Translations under genes and position numbers: made by a program
In this document: in pieces, positions 19,417 to 29,118 of the stretch
How the letters are laid out: each line of letters opens with the position of its first letter
Position numbering within the stretch: position 1 is the first letter of the stretch
The notes under the pieces: generated by a model
Told to the model about the DNA's origin: nothing
The model's input: only the letters and a program-made list of their open reading frames with translations
Databases searched by the model: none
Assembly: GCA_963700145.1 (NCBI GenBank)
Contig: OY969474.1
Location: 544,001 to 608,000 of the forward strand
Direction: 5' to 3'
Source of the DNA: an uncultured Acidobacteriota bacterium
GTDB taxonomy: Bacteria; Acidobacteriota; Thermoanaerobaculia; Multivoradales; UBA5704
DNA: 64,000 nucleotides

Positions 19417-21111
19417 TCAGAACTTCGACGCCCCGATCCACGTCCCCCACTTGTTCACCCCGGCGGCGAACTTGGTGTAGCTCCAGATCGTGCTGTTGTC
19501 GACGGGGTCGTTGGCGATGCCGGCGTAGTCGCCCCAGCGGTTGCGGCCCTGGTTGTCGAGGCGGACGTAGCGGGCGGTGCCGTCCTTGAGCGGGGCGCTG
19601 GCCTGCAGGGCGCCGAGGGGGTCGGTGGCCAGACGGCCGCTGTAGCGGGCGCTGGCGTGCTCGGCGGCGCCGGAGCGGGAGAAGACCATCGTCATGTTGC
19701 CGTTGCCGTCCGGCATGACGGCGGGGAAGAAGTAGTGCCGGCCGCCGACGCCGAAGATCCCCTGCTGGGTCATCGCGCCGGTGCTCGCGTCGATCTGGAA
19801 CCAGTGGGCAACGGCCATGTTCTCGCCGCCGCTGGTCCAGGCGTGGCGCGAGGTCAGGGCCGCCCACACCGAGCCGCCGCGGAAGACGGCGTTGAGGACG
19901 CGCACGTCGCCGGTGTCGAGCCGCGTCGAGCTGCCCTTCTGGGTAGCATCCGGCGGCAGGCCGTAGGGACGGGTGCCGATGTTGCGGCGGGTCATCACCG
20001 GGTTGCCGAGCGGGTCGGTAAGGGACCAGAGCGAGAGCAAGGTCCGCGTCGGCGTCGTGGTGCTGGGGAAGAGCGAGTTGACGAAGTACTGCACCTGCGG
20101 CGCGCCGTAGGTGTGGCAGGGCTGGAGGGTGAAGGCCGTCGAGCCCTCCGCATTCTTGAAGTTGACCAGGTCGCGGAAGGTGATCGTGCCGCCGAAGTAG
20201 GCGCCGGTCGAGGGGGCGCTCCCCTTGGGCACGATCCGCACCTTCGCGTACTGGAAGCCGCCGCCGAAGCGGAACATGTTGGCGGTCAGATAGAGCGCCT
20301 GGGCGTCGACGCCGAGGCCCGGGTAGTCGGCCCAGTTGTTGGTCTGGGTCGAGCCGTCCTTGGTGGCGTCGAGCTTGTAGTTGAACCAGCCGCCGAGTGG
20401 ATCGGAGGTCTTGGAGATCGAGAGCAGGAAGAACGAGGTGTTGCCCGTCCCGAGCGCCACCGCCAGCAGCACCCAGCGGCCGGCGTGCTGGTCGTAGAGC
20501 GCCTTGGGATCGAAGATCTTGGCCTGTGAAATGACGTTGGCAAACCAGGACACCAGGGTCTTCTGGAGGACCGGCGCGCCGCCGGTCTTGCGGTAGACCT
20601 CGACCGAAGCGTTGACCGCCGCGAGCACGTGCTGCGGCCCGGCGGCGAGGGTGCAGTCGGCGGGGAACCACTGGGTGTCGGCGACGCCGCCGAAGGTGCC
20701 GACGGTGGCAGGAGCGGCGGCGAGCGGTGCACCGACCGCGCCGGCGACCGCCGCGGCAGTCAGGGGGGCCGTCGCCCGCCGCCCGCGGTCGACGGCAAGA
20801 GTGGCCGCCGCCCGCGCCCGCCCGGCGAGGGCGCGCAGGCGCGTGCGCGTCGCGGCGTTCTTGAGCTTGGCGAAGTCCTCGAGGTCGATGGGGTAGCGGG
20901 TGGTGGCCGGGCGCGGGCGGTCGAAGCGCAGGTCGGCCTCGGCGGCCAGCTCGTGCGTCAGCGGGGTCTGGCCGGGCTCGAAGTCGGCGCCGGCCGCCGC
21001 CCGGCCGCTGCGCGGCACGCTGCGGACGCGCTGGAGGCGAGGCGACGGCGCGGCGGCACGCGCCTTCGGGGTCTTCGTCCTGCGTCGCGCCGGCTTCCGT
21101 TTCGTGGCCAT
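19417..21111 (-). CDS. Hypothetical beta-sheet/propeller-like protein with basic N-terminus (564 aa)
   Basis: ATG 21111 after GGGAGA. Motifs PADCTLAAGPQHV, FDPKALYD, DYPGLGVD, RWGDY; GC3-biased coding. Confidence 0.75.
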   Translation of the reverse strand: MATKRKPARRRTKTPKARAAAPSPRLQRVRSVPRSGRAAAGADFEPGQTPLTHELAAEADLRFDRPRPATTRYPIDLEDFAKLKNAATRTRLRALAGRARAAATLAVDRGRRATAPLTAAAVAGAVGAPLAAAPATVGTFGGVADTQWFPADCTLAAGPQHVLAAVNASVEVYRKTGGAPVLQKTLVSWFANVISQAKIFDPKALYDQHAGRWVLLAVALGTGNTSFFLLSISKTSDPLGGWFNYKLDATKDGSTQTNNWADYPGLGVDAQALYLTANMFRFGGGFQYAKVRIVPKGSAPSTGAYFGGTITFRDLVNFKNAEGSTAFTLQPCHTYGAPQVQYFVNSLFPSTTTPTRTLLSLWSLTDPLGNPVMTRRNIGTRPYGLPPDATQKGSSTRLDTGDVRVLNAVFRGGSVWAALTSRHAWTSGGENMAVAHWFQIDASTGAMTQQGIFGVGGRHYFFPAVMPDGNGNMTMVFSRSGAAEHASARYSGRLATDPLGALQASAPLKDGTARYVRLDNQGRNRWGDYAGIANDPVDNSTIWSYTKFAAGVNKWGTWIGASKF

Positions 21112-21128
21112 CGCTTTCTCCCGCCCGG

Positions 21129-21344
21129 TCAGGGCTCTCCGTCCGGCGGCGGCCGGTCGGCCGGATCGTCCGGCCCGCCGCGGCGCGCCCGCTCCTTGAG
21201 ACGCTCGTACTCGCGGCGCGGCAGCGGCGTGCCGTGCGTCACTGCGCCCGGCCCGCCTTCGGCGGTCCGCTCTTTGCCGCCGCACTCGGGCGCGGTGGGA
21301 TCGAAGCCGTGCCCGGCCTCGCTCTCGCCGCGCTCGCTGGTCAT
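21129..21344 (-). CDS. Small hypothetical protein (71 aa; alternative start 21371)
   Basis: ATG after GAAGGAAA; co-oriented directly upstream of the 564-aa gene. Confidence 0.45.
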   Translation of the reverse strand: MTSERGESEAGHGFDPTAPECGGKERTAEGGPGAVTHGTPLPRREYERLKERARRGGPDDPADRPPPDGEP

Positions 21345-21375
21345 TCGCTCTGTTTCCTTCTTTCCTGACATCTTG

Positions 21376-21630
21376 TATATCCCGCCTTGCAGCTATCTGG
21401 TCGCGGCGCTGGGCGCGCCGCGGCGACTTTGCCTGGGGCTTAGGATCACGGCAGCTTTCCGGGGAAGGCCGTTGGTACGCCTGAGGCCACCGAGCCTGTG
21501 CGTTAGATCGGCCCCCCGCCCTCTTCGTCCAAGCCGTGGAGTCTCTGAGGCCCGGGAGCCTGCATCCACAAGCTGGGTTGGCGAAGGCGCAGGGTCGGGG
21601 GACCGGAAAGCCAGGATAGCCGAAAGGAGG
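21376..21630 (+). ncRNA. Candidate IS110 bridge RNA region
   Basis: ~260-nt non-coding left end upstream of the recombinase RBS (AAAGGAGG), the position of the bridge RNA in IS621-type elements. Boundaries not determined. Confidence 0.5.
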
Positions 21631-21635
21631 CCGCG

Positions 21636-22639
21636 GTGAAACCACTCGTCCAGCTCGCCGGCATCGACGTCAGCGCCCGCTCCCTCACCGTCGTGGTCGA
21701 GCCGCCCGGCAGCGGCCGCGAGCGTCTCGAGTTCGCCAATGACGCCGCCGGGCACCGTCAGCTCATCCGGCGCCTCGGCAAGCAGGGTCGGCACGCGCGC
21801 GTGGCTCTCGAGGCCAGCGGCATCTACAGCCTCGATCTGGCCATGGCTCTGCACCGCGCCCCCCGCATCGAGGTCATGGTGATCAATCCACGGGCCGCCC
21901 GCGACTTTGCCAAAGCCTTCCTGCAGCGCTCGAAGACCGACGCCCTCGATGCCGAGGTCCTGCTCGAGTTCGTCCGGCGCATGCCCTTCCAGCCCTGGCA
22001 GCCGCCACCCACCGAGGCTCTCGAGCTCCGGGCCGTCACCCGCCGCATGGCCGCCCTGATCAAGGCCCGGAGCCAGGAGAAAAACCGCCTCCACGCCGCC
22101 CGCCACTGTCATGAGCTGAGCGATCTCGTGCGCCACGACATCGAGGTCAATCTCCGTCATCTCGACCGCCGCATCGCACGCCTCGAAGAGCAGGCCGTCG
22201 ACTTGGTCTGGGAGCACCCTGAGCTGCGCCGGGATCTTCTCCACCTGACCTCGGTCCGCGGCATCGCCCGCACCAGCGCGGTCCAGATCCTCGCCGAGCT
22301 CAGCGTGCTGCCGCCGGACCTCTCGGCACGCCAGTTGGTGGCCCATGCCGGCATCGACCCGCGGGCTTCGAGTCCGGCGAGTCGGTCGCCAAACCGGCCC
22401 GGATCTCGCGCGTCGGCAACCGCTACCTGCGCGCCGCGCTCTACATGCCTGCCCTGGTCGCCTCGCGCTACGAGCCCCATGTCAAAGCCTTCTACGACAT
22501 GCTCATCGCCCGCGGCAAAAAACCGAAGCAGGCGCTGGTGGCGGTCATGCGCAAGCTCCTGCACTCGATCTACGGCATGCGCAAACACGGCTGCGATTTT
22601 CAGGGGGAGAAGTTCTTCGCCATGCCCCAGGAGGCTTGA
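21636..22639 (+). pseudogene. IS110 recombinase/transposase, frameshifted near 22365
   Basis: GIDVS, VALEASGIY, KTDALDA in one frame. After GIDPR the frame shifts to FESGESV...GNRYLRAALYMPA...GKKPKQALVAVMRKLL. May be a sequencing indel. Confidence 0.85.
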
Positions 22640-22661
22640 CTTGGAAGAGAGTATCTTACGT

Positions 22662-24590
22662 CTACGCCTCCTTGCGGCCGGCGGCCCCTTTCAGGTGGCG
22701 GTCCAGGAAGGCGAGGATGGCGCTGTAGGCCTTCTCCTGGTTCTCCTTCTTGGCGAAGCCGTGCCCCTCGTCGTCGAAGACGACGTACTCGACGGGCACG
22801 CCGCGCTTCCGCGCCGCGGCGACGATCTCGTCGGACTCGACCTTGAGGACGCGCGGGTCGTTCGCCCCCTGGAGGACGATGAGCGGCCGCTCGATCTTGT
22901 CGGCATGGAAGAGCGGCGAGATGCGGCGCAGGTACTCCTGGTCCACCGCCGGGTCGCCCAGCTCCTTGTAGATCGCCTGGCGCGCCGACTCCCACCAGGG
23001 GGGGATGCTCTCGAGCGTGCGCAGCCAGTTGGAGACGCCGAAGAGGTTGACGCCCACCTCGAACTCCCGCGGCCGGAAGGCCAGCGCCGCGAGCACCATG
23101 TAGCCGCCGTAGCTGCCGCCCATGATGCCGATCCGCTGCGGATCGACGGCGCCGGTCTCGACCAGCATCTTCTTGCTCGCCACGCAGTCGTCGAGGTCGG
23201 CGTTGCCGTGCTTGCGGTCGTCCATCCTGTAGAAGGTCTTGCCGTAGCCGCTGCTGCCGCGGTTGTTGATCGAGTAGACGACGTAGCCGTGGTTGACCAG
23301 GAACTGGGTGAGGCCGCTGTAGCCAAGGCGCGACTGGTCGCCCGGCCCGCCGTGCACCGAGACCAGCGCCGGGAGCTTGGCGCCGCCCCGCGCCTGGTGC
23401 GGCAGGTACAGGATGCCGGGGATCTCGACGCCGTCGTAGGAGCGGAAGCGGACGACCTTGCCCTCGACCAGGTGCTCCGGGTCGATCGCCGGGTTCAGGT
23501 TCTGGGTCAGCCGGCGCGGCTCCGCGGCCGCGCCCAGGTCGTGGACGTAGAGGTTGCGCGGCGAGCGGCTGGTGTCGGCGTAGAAGGCCATGTGCCGGCC
23601 GTCGCGCGAGATATTGACCGAGGTGATGTCGGCGTCCGGCAGCTTCGGCAGCCCGACCGGCTGCATGGTCGCCGCCTCGAACAGGCGCACCTCGGTCCTG
23701 GCGTCGGCGTTGATGCCGACGGTCAGGTAGAGGCCGTCGCGCGAGAAGGTGGCGTAGGTGACGTCCCAGTCGGGGCGCAGGACCTCCTGCCGCGCGCCGG
23801 TCGCGAGGTCGTGGCGCACCAGGTAGGCGAACTCAGTCCCCTCGTCGGTGGTGAAGAGGAAGGCCTTGCCGTCCGGCGTGAACTCCTGGGCGGCGGCGCT
23901 GACGCCGTCGCCGCCGGCGAGCTTCTTGGTCTCGCCGCTCGTGCGGTCGTGGAGGTAGAGCTCGACCTCGGAGGTGCCGACGGGCTTCGCCAGCGCCAGC
24001 CAGCGGCGGTCGGGGGAGATCGCCCCGACCTCGAGCGCCTGCTCGTTCTTGTAGAGCAGGGTGCGCCCGTAGCCGTCGAGGGTCACCTCGTAGAGGTCGA
24101 AGACCTTGGGGTCGCGCTCGTTGGTCTGCAGGAAGAGGGCGCGGTCGTCGCGCGAGTAGCCGACGAAGGCGGCCTTGAGCTTCTCGCCCGGTGTGAGGTC
24201 GCGCGCCGTGCCGTCGAGCTCGCGGACGTAGACGTGGGTGAGCTCGTTGCCTCCCTGGTCGCTCTCGTAGGCGAAGCGCTCGTCGGCGGGGAAGTAGCCG
24301 CGGACGAGGACGGCGTCGGCCGTCGAGCGGGTGAGCGGTTGCGGCTCGCCGCCGCCGACCGGCACGGCGTAGGCGTTGTAGACGCCGCTCTGGTTGCTGC
24401 TCACCAGGACCTTCGTGCCGTCCGGCGAGAAGGAGGAGCCGGTCATGTTGGTGGTGGCGAGGAACTGCTTGATGGTGTACTGGGGAGGTTGAGTAGAAAC
24501 GGCCGGCGTGGCGGCCGGCGAGCCGGCGGCGAGGAGCGCCAGGAGCAGCGCGGCGAGGCCGCCGAGGAAGCTGCGGAGCATGGTCGTCAT
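22662..24590 (-). CDS. S9 family (acylaminoacyl/dipeptidyl) peptidase with signal peptide
   Basis: VHGGP, GGSYGG nucleophile, GANDPRV, DEGHG triad; N-terminal propeller. Confidence 0.93.
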   Translation of the reverse strand: MTTMLRSFLGGLAALLLALLAAGSPAATPAVSTQPPQYTIKQFLATTNMTGSSFSPDGTKVLVSSNQSGVYNAYAVPVGGGEPQPLTRSTADAVLVRGYFPADERFAYESDQGGNELTHVYVRELDGTARDLTPGEKLKAAFVGYSRDDRALFLQTNERDPKVFDLYEVTLDGYGRTLLYKNEQALEVGAISPDRRWLALAKPVGTSEVELYLHDRTSGETKKLAGGDGVSAAAQEFTPDGKAFLFTTDEGTEFAYLVRHDLATGARQEVLRPDWDVTYATFSRDGLYLTVGINADARTEVRLFEAATMQPVGLPKLPDADITSVNISRDGRHMAFYADTSRSPRNLYVHDLGAAAEPRRLTQNLNPAIDPEHLVEGKVVRFRSYDGVEIPGILYLPHQARGGAKLPALVSVHGGPGDQSRLGYSGLTQFLVNHGYVVYSINNRGSSGYGKTFYRMDDRKHGNADLDDCVASKKMLVETGAVDPQRIGIMGGSYGGYMVLAALAFRPREFEVGVNLFGVSNWLRTLESIPPWWESARQAIYKELGDPAVDQEYLRRISPLFHADKIERPLIVLQGANDPRVLKVESDEIVAAARKRGVPVEYVVFDDEGHGFAKKENQEKAYSAILAFLDRHLKGAAGRKEA

Positions 24591-25777
24591 CGGATCTCCT
24601 TTTCCCTGTCCGTGTAGCCGGTGAGCTCGACGTAGCCGCGGCCGCCGATCGGCGCGCCGCCGGCGGTCCCCCGCACCGCCACCGCGCCCTCCCAGTAGCG
24701 GAAGACGCCGCGGTGCTCCTGGTCGACGACGAGGGGGCGAACCTCCAAGTCGAGCGCCGCCGATGGTACTCGCACCCGCCAGCGCGCCGGGTAGGAGCCG
24801 CCCGCGGGGCTCCGCCAGCGGGCTAGCTCGGCGACCGCGAAGTCGCCGCGTGCCAGGCGGCGCTTGGCGCCGTCCGCGGCGACCAGCGAGCCCGCGCTCG
24901 CGGGGTCGATGCCGCCGTCCTCCAAGCGCATCCGGTAGAGCATCAGCTCGCGGCCGTCGGCGAGCTGGAGGGCGAACCAGTCCCAGCCGACCTGGCCGGG
25001 CGACAGCGAGCTGGTGCTCCACTCGCGGTCCATCCAGGAGAGGCCGCGCACCGGGAGGTCCTCGCCCGCGAGTCGCAATCGGCCGGTGGTGGGCATGCGG
25101 GTGAGCGAATAGTAGTAGGAGGCCTGGCCCGGCGCCGCGCCCTTCTGCGAGAGGCCGTCCTCCCCTTGGAGGACCGGCGGCTTGCCGCGGGCGAGGCGAA
25201 GGTCGAGAGCGACCTCGCCTTCGGCGGCGCGGAGGGTGAGCGGACCCCAGGCCGCGGCAGCGGCCGTTGAATTCATCGCGCCGGAGGCCTCCCAGCGGTC
25301 CAGCCAGACGCGGAAGGGCGCGGCCTCGGCACCGGCGAGCCCGAGGGCGCCGCGCCGGATGCGCTCGAAGGCGTGGAAGCGGCGGCCTGCGACGTCGGTC
25401 AGCGCGAAGTGCGCGAGCCAGGCCTCGCGCGCTCCCCAGCGCGAGGCGCGCGCCACGGCGCCCGGCGCCAGCGCGTTGCGGAAGAAGGTGAGCTGGTAGC
25501 CGAAGCGCCGGCCGCCCGCGGCCTCCAGGTTGCCGGTGAAGTACCACCACTCGGTGCGGAAACCCGGATGCGGGCCGTGGTCGGCGGGGAAGACGAAGCC
25601 GCGGGGCGCCAGCGCCCGCGCGAAGCCCGCCTCCGACGACGCCTCCAGGACCGTCGCGACCGACAGCCGGGCCGCCACCGGCGGACGCTCCGGCTCGCGC
25701 AACAGGAGCCATGCGGCCCCTCCTGCGAGCAGGAGGACGGCCAGGAGGAGCGTCGCCCGGCGCAGCAACTCCATCAC
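24587..25777 (-). CDS. AttH/CrtC-like lipocalin-fold secreted protein
   Basis: [49 protein letters not shown]. Confidence 0.85.
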   Translation of the reverse strand: MMELLRRATLLLAVLLLAGGAAWLLLREPERPPVAARLSVATVLEASSEAGFARALAPRGFVFPADHGPHPGFRTEWWYFTGNLEAAGGRRFGYQLTFFRNALAPGAVARASRWGAREAWLAHFALTDVAGRRFHAFERIRRGALGLAGAEAAPFRVWLDRWEASGAMNSTAAAAAWGPLTLRAAEGEVALDLRLARGKPPVLQGEDGLSQKGAAPGQASYYYSLTRMPTTGRLRLAGEDLPVRGLSWMDREWSTSSLSPGQVGWDWFALQLADGRELMLYRMRLEDGGIDPASAGSLVAADGAKRRLARGDFAVAELARWRSPAGGSYPARWRVRVPSAALDLEVRPLVVDQEHRGVFRYWEGAVAVRGTAGGAPIGGRGYVELTGYTDREKEIR

Positions 25778-28326
25778 TCCTCCCGCAGCGCCTCGGCCGG
25801 GGGCGTGCGCGCCATGCGCCAGGCGGGGTAGAGGCCGGCGAGGAGCGCGGCGCCGAGGGCGAGGGCCAGGGGCTGGAGGAAGACTTCAGGGGCGAGGTCG
25901 AGGCGCACCGTCCAGCCGAAGGAGCGGCGGTTGACGACGTGGACCATGACCGCCGCCAGCGCCAACCCGAGCGGCAGCGACAGCAGGCCGGCGGCGAGGC
26001 CGAGGAGGCCGGTCTGGGCGGTCACCAGCCGCCAGAGCTGGCCGCGCGTCAGGCCGTTGGCGCGCAGCACGGCGAGCTCGCGGGCGCGCTCGAGCTGCAG
26101 GGCCATCAACGCCGACAGCACGCCGATGAAGGCGACGAGGCCGGCGAGCAGCCGGAGGACGGCGGTGATGCGGAAGGTGCGGTCGAAGACCTCCATCGAG
26201 TGCCGCCTGAGCTCGCGGTTGGGGTTGATCGCGAGCGCGCGGTCGGGCCCGGCGGCGCGGCGGAGAGCGCGCTCGACCGCCGCCTCGTCCGCCCCAGGCG
26301 CCAGATGGAGCGAGAAGCCCGAGAGGAAGGGGTCGCCCCAGAGTCGGCGGTAGTGGGGAAGGGCCATCAGCGCCGCGCCCTGCTCGCTGGCGTAGTCGTA
26401 GAAGACGCCGGCCACGACGAGGGTGCGCTCGCCGGCCGGCGACGACACGCGCAGCCGCGAGCCCACGCCAAGGTCCCAACGGCTGGCGAGCGGCTCCGAG
26501 ATCAGCACGCCGCGCCCGGCCGCCACCGCCCGCCACGCTTCCGCCGGCCGCCCCTGCCGCAGCTCGAAGCTCCGCCGGCCGCGCGGGCCGAGGTCCACGG
26601 CCAGCACGCGCAGCGGCCCGCGTTCGGAGGGGACCTCCGCCTGGCGGATGGCGTCGACGCGGGAGACGCCCGGGAGGGCGGCGGCGCGCGCCGCCAGGGC
26701 CGGGTCGAGCGGCGTGCCCGGCCGGCCGGCGGCGACCACGTAGAGGTCGGCGCCGAGCGAGGCGTCGAGCCAGCGCCGGACGGTGCCGCGGAAGCTGTCG
26801 ATCATCGTCCCGACCCCCACCGCCACCGAGACGGCCACGACCAGCGCCGCCACCGCCACGCCGGTGCGCGAGAGGGCGGCGACGACGCCCCCGGCGGCCA
26901 TCCGGCCGAGGAGGCCGAAGAGGGCGCCCGCGGCCGGGCGGAGGAGGCGCATCAGGAGCACGGTGGCCCCCGGCGTCAGGAGCGCGGCGCCCAGGAACAG
27001 CCCGAAGAGGCCGGCGAAGGAAACGAGGAGGGTGCCCGGCAGCGCCAGCAGGAGGGCGCCGAGCGCCAGGAGCGCCAAGCCGAGCGCCGCCGCCCGCGGC
27101 AGGGCGCGTCGTGCGGCGCTCTCCAGCGAGGAACGGATCAGGACCGCGCGCGGCGGCGCGGCGGTCGCCTCGCGCGCCGGCGCCAGGGCGGCGAGGAGGG
27201 TCGCCGCCGTCCCCAGCAGCGCCCCCTTGACCAGCACCGCCGGGGGCACCGCCAGCTCGCGCACCGCGAGGACGAAGTAGAGGTCGTTGATCGTCTGCGT
27301 CACCAGGCCGACCAGGCCGCGGCCGAGGAGGACGCCGGCGGCGAGCCCGAGGAGCGAGCCGGCGAGCCCGACGGCCAGGGCCTCGCCGAGCACCAGGGCG
27401 AAGACCTCGCCGCGGGTGACGCCGAGCGCGCGGAGGGTGCCCAGCAGCGTGCGGCGCTGGACGACCGAGAAGGTCATGGCGTTGTAGATCAGGAAGACGC
27501 CGCAGATCAGGGCGAGGAGCGAGAGGGCCGTCAGGTTGACGCGGAAGGCGCGGGTCATCTCCTCGGTGCGGGCGGCGCGCGCGCCCGCCGGTGCGACGGT
27601 CGCGCCCGGCGGCAGGGCGCGGCGGGCGCGCGCCAGGAGCGCCGCTCCAGCCGCGCCGTCCGGCAGGCGCAGGTCGATGCGGTCGAGGCGGCCGACCCGG
27701 CCGAGCAGCTCCTGAGCGGTGGCGACGTCGACGACGAGAAGGTCGGCGAGCGCCCGGCCGGCGGTCTCGTCGTCCGGCTCCAGCACGCCGACCAGCTCGA
27801 CGCGTCGGCGCTGCCCGGCAGCGAGGATCGCGAAGCTCCCGCCCGGCGCGACGCCCAGCTCGCGCGCCGTCCCCGCGGCCAGCACCGCCGCGCCGGGACG
27901 GGTGAGGAACGCGGCGATGTCGGTGCCGGCGGCGCCCGGCGCGAGGTAGGGGCGGAAGGGCGCTTCGGTGAAAGGGTCGACGCCGAGGAGGTGCAGCACG
28001 CGCGGTGCATCAGGAGCTGCTCCCGCCCGTCGCTCGACCGTCACCCAGTCCTCGACGACCGGTGCGGCCTCGTCGATCCCCGCGGCCAGCACGAGGCGCC
28101 GGTAGGTTTCCTCCGGCAGCCCTCCCGGCCCGCCGGTCACCTGGTGCGTCGTGCGGCCCACCACCGCCTCGGTCGAGAGCGTAAAGGCGCGTTGAGCGCT
28201 GGCGTTGGCGAGGTCGATCGCCACCACGACTGCCACGCCGAGGGCCACGCCGACCACCGAGAGCCCGGCCTGCCAGGGGTGGCGGGCCAGGTGGCGGAGG
28301 CCGGAGCGGCGGAGCAGCGGCGTCAC
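25774..28326 (-). CDS. FtsX/MacB-like ABC permease (AttF/G-like)
   Basis: GTG 28326 ([19 protein letters not shown]); duplicated TM/periplasmic layout; [26 protein letters not shown]. Confidence 0.88.
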   Translation of the reverse strand: MTPLLRRSGLRHLARHPWQAGLSVVGVALGVAVVVAIDLANASAQRAFTLSTEAVVGRTTHQVTGGPGGLPEETYRRLVLAAGIDEAAPVVEDWVTVERRAGAAPDAPRVLHLLGVDPFTEAPFRPYLAPGAAGTDIAAFLTRPGAAVLAAGTARELGVAPGGSFAILAAGQRRRVELVGVLEPDDETAGRALADLLVVDVATAQELLGRVGRLDRIDLRLPDGAAGAALLARARRALPPGATVAPAGARAARTEEMTRAFRVNLTALSLLALICGVFLIYNAMTFSVVQRRTLLGTLRALGVTRGEVFALVLGEALAVGLAGSLLGLAAGVLLGRGLVGLVTQTINDLYFVLAVRELAVPPAVLVKGALLGTAATLLAALAPAREATAAPPRAVLIRSSLESAARRALPRAAALGLALLALGALLLALPGTLLVSFAGLFGLFLGAALLTPGATVLLMRLLRPAAGALFGLLGRMAAGGVVAALSRTGVAVAALVVAVSVAVGVGTMIDSFRGTVRRWLDASLGADLYVVAAGRPGTPLDPALAARAAALPGVSRVDAIRQAEVPSERGPLRVLAVDLGPRGRRSFELRQGRPAEAWRAVAAGRGVLISEPLASRWDLGVGSRLRVSSPAGERTLVVAGVFYDYASEQGAALMALPHYRRLWGDPFLSGFSLHLAPGADEAAVERALRRAAGPDRALAINPNRELRRHSMEVFDRTFRITAVLRLLAGLVAFIGVLSALMALQLERARELAVLRANGLTRGQLWRLVTAQTGLLGLAAGLLSLPLGLALAAVMVHVVNRRSFGWTVRLDLAPEVFLQPLALALGAALLAGLYPAWRMARTPPAEALREE

Positions 28327-29048
28327 GGGACGGTGACCGCCCGCTCCGCGGCGGCGCGGGCGGCGGGCCGCTCCACCAGCCGTCCGTCCTCGATCCGGAA
28401 CACCCGGTCGGCGCGCCCCACCACCTCCGGGCTGTGGGTGACCATCAGCATCGTCTTGCCGGCGCGGCGAGTGAGGCGGTCGAGGAGGTCGAGCACCGCG
28501 AGGCCGGTTTCGAGGTCGAGATTGCCGGTCGGCTCGTCGGCGAGCACCAGCGTCGGGTCGTGTGCCAAGGCGCGCGCCACCGCCACGCGCTGCTGCTCTC
28601 CGCCCGAGAGCCGGTCGGGGAAGCTGGCGGCGCGGTCGCCGAGCCCCACCTCGTCGAGCAGGTCGAGCGCCGCCCGCCGCCGCGCCGGTGTCGCCCGCCC
28701 CTGGAGCTCCAGCGGCAGGAGCAGGTTCTCGCCGACGGTGAGGGTCGGGATCAGGTTGTAGAACTGGAAGACGAAGCCGACGTGCCGGCGGCGGAAGAGG
28801 GTGCGGTCGCGCTCGGAGAGGCTGGAGAGGGCGATGCCGTCGACCAGCACCTCGCCGGCGGTGGGGAGGTCGATCCCGGCCACCAGGTTGAGCAGAGTGG
28901 ACTTCCCCGAGCCGCTCTTGCCGACCAGCACCGCCAGCTCGCCGCGCCGGACCACGGCGTCGGCGTCGCGCAGCACCACCCGCTCCCGCTCCCCTTCGCG
29001 GAAGGCGCGCGTGAGCTCGCGCAGCTCGAGAAGGGGCGGCTCGGCCAT
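28323..29048 (-). CDS. ABC transporter ATP-binding protein (LolD/AttE-like)
   Basis: [26 protein letters not shown]; ATG 29048. Confidence 0.93.
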   Translation of the reverse strand: MAEPPLLELRELTRAFREGERERVVLRDADAVVRRGELAVLVGKSGSGKSTLLNLVAGIDLPTAGEVLVDGIALSSLSERDRTLFRRRHVGFVFQFYNLIPTLTVGENLLLPLELQGRATPARRRAALDLLDEVGLGDRAASFPDRLSGGEQQRVAVARALAHDPTLVLADEPTGNLDLETGLAVLDLLDRLTRRAGKTMLMVTHSPEVVGRADRVFRIEDGRLVERPAARAAAERAVTVP

Positions 29049-29118
29049 GGCGCGGCATCGTACCGCGCGGTCGCCGGGGCCCTCGTCGGGCGCCATGTGC
29101 GAAGATCGACGACGGAGC

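Larger units (their letters stand above)
21370..22657 (+). mobile_element. IS110-family insertion sequence
   Basis: ATCTT repeated at 21370-21374 and 22653-22657. Long non-coding left end, TTGACT near the right end, DEDD recombinase inside. Confidence 0.8.

Noticed and set aside
22340-22380. Programmed frameshift in the IS110 recombinase
   Set aside because: No slippery heptamer. Other indel-like anomalies in the window (symE, missing starts) point to mutation or sequencing error.
22662-24590. S9 peptidase as self-resistance or maturation gene of the cluster
   Set aside because: It is coupled to the AttEFGH-like operon and separated from the cluster; only proximity supports a link.
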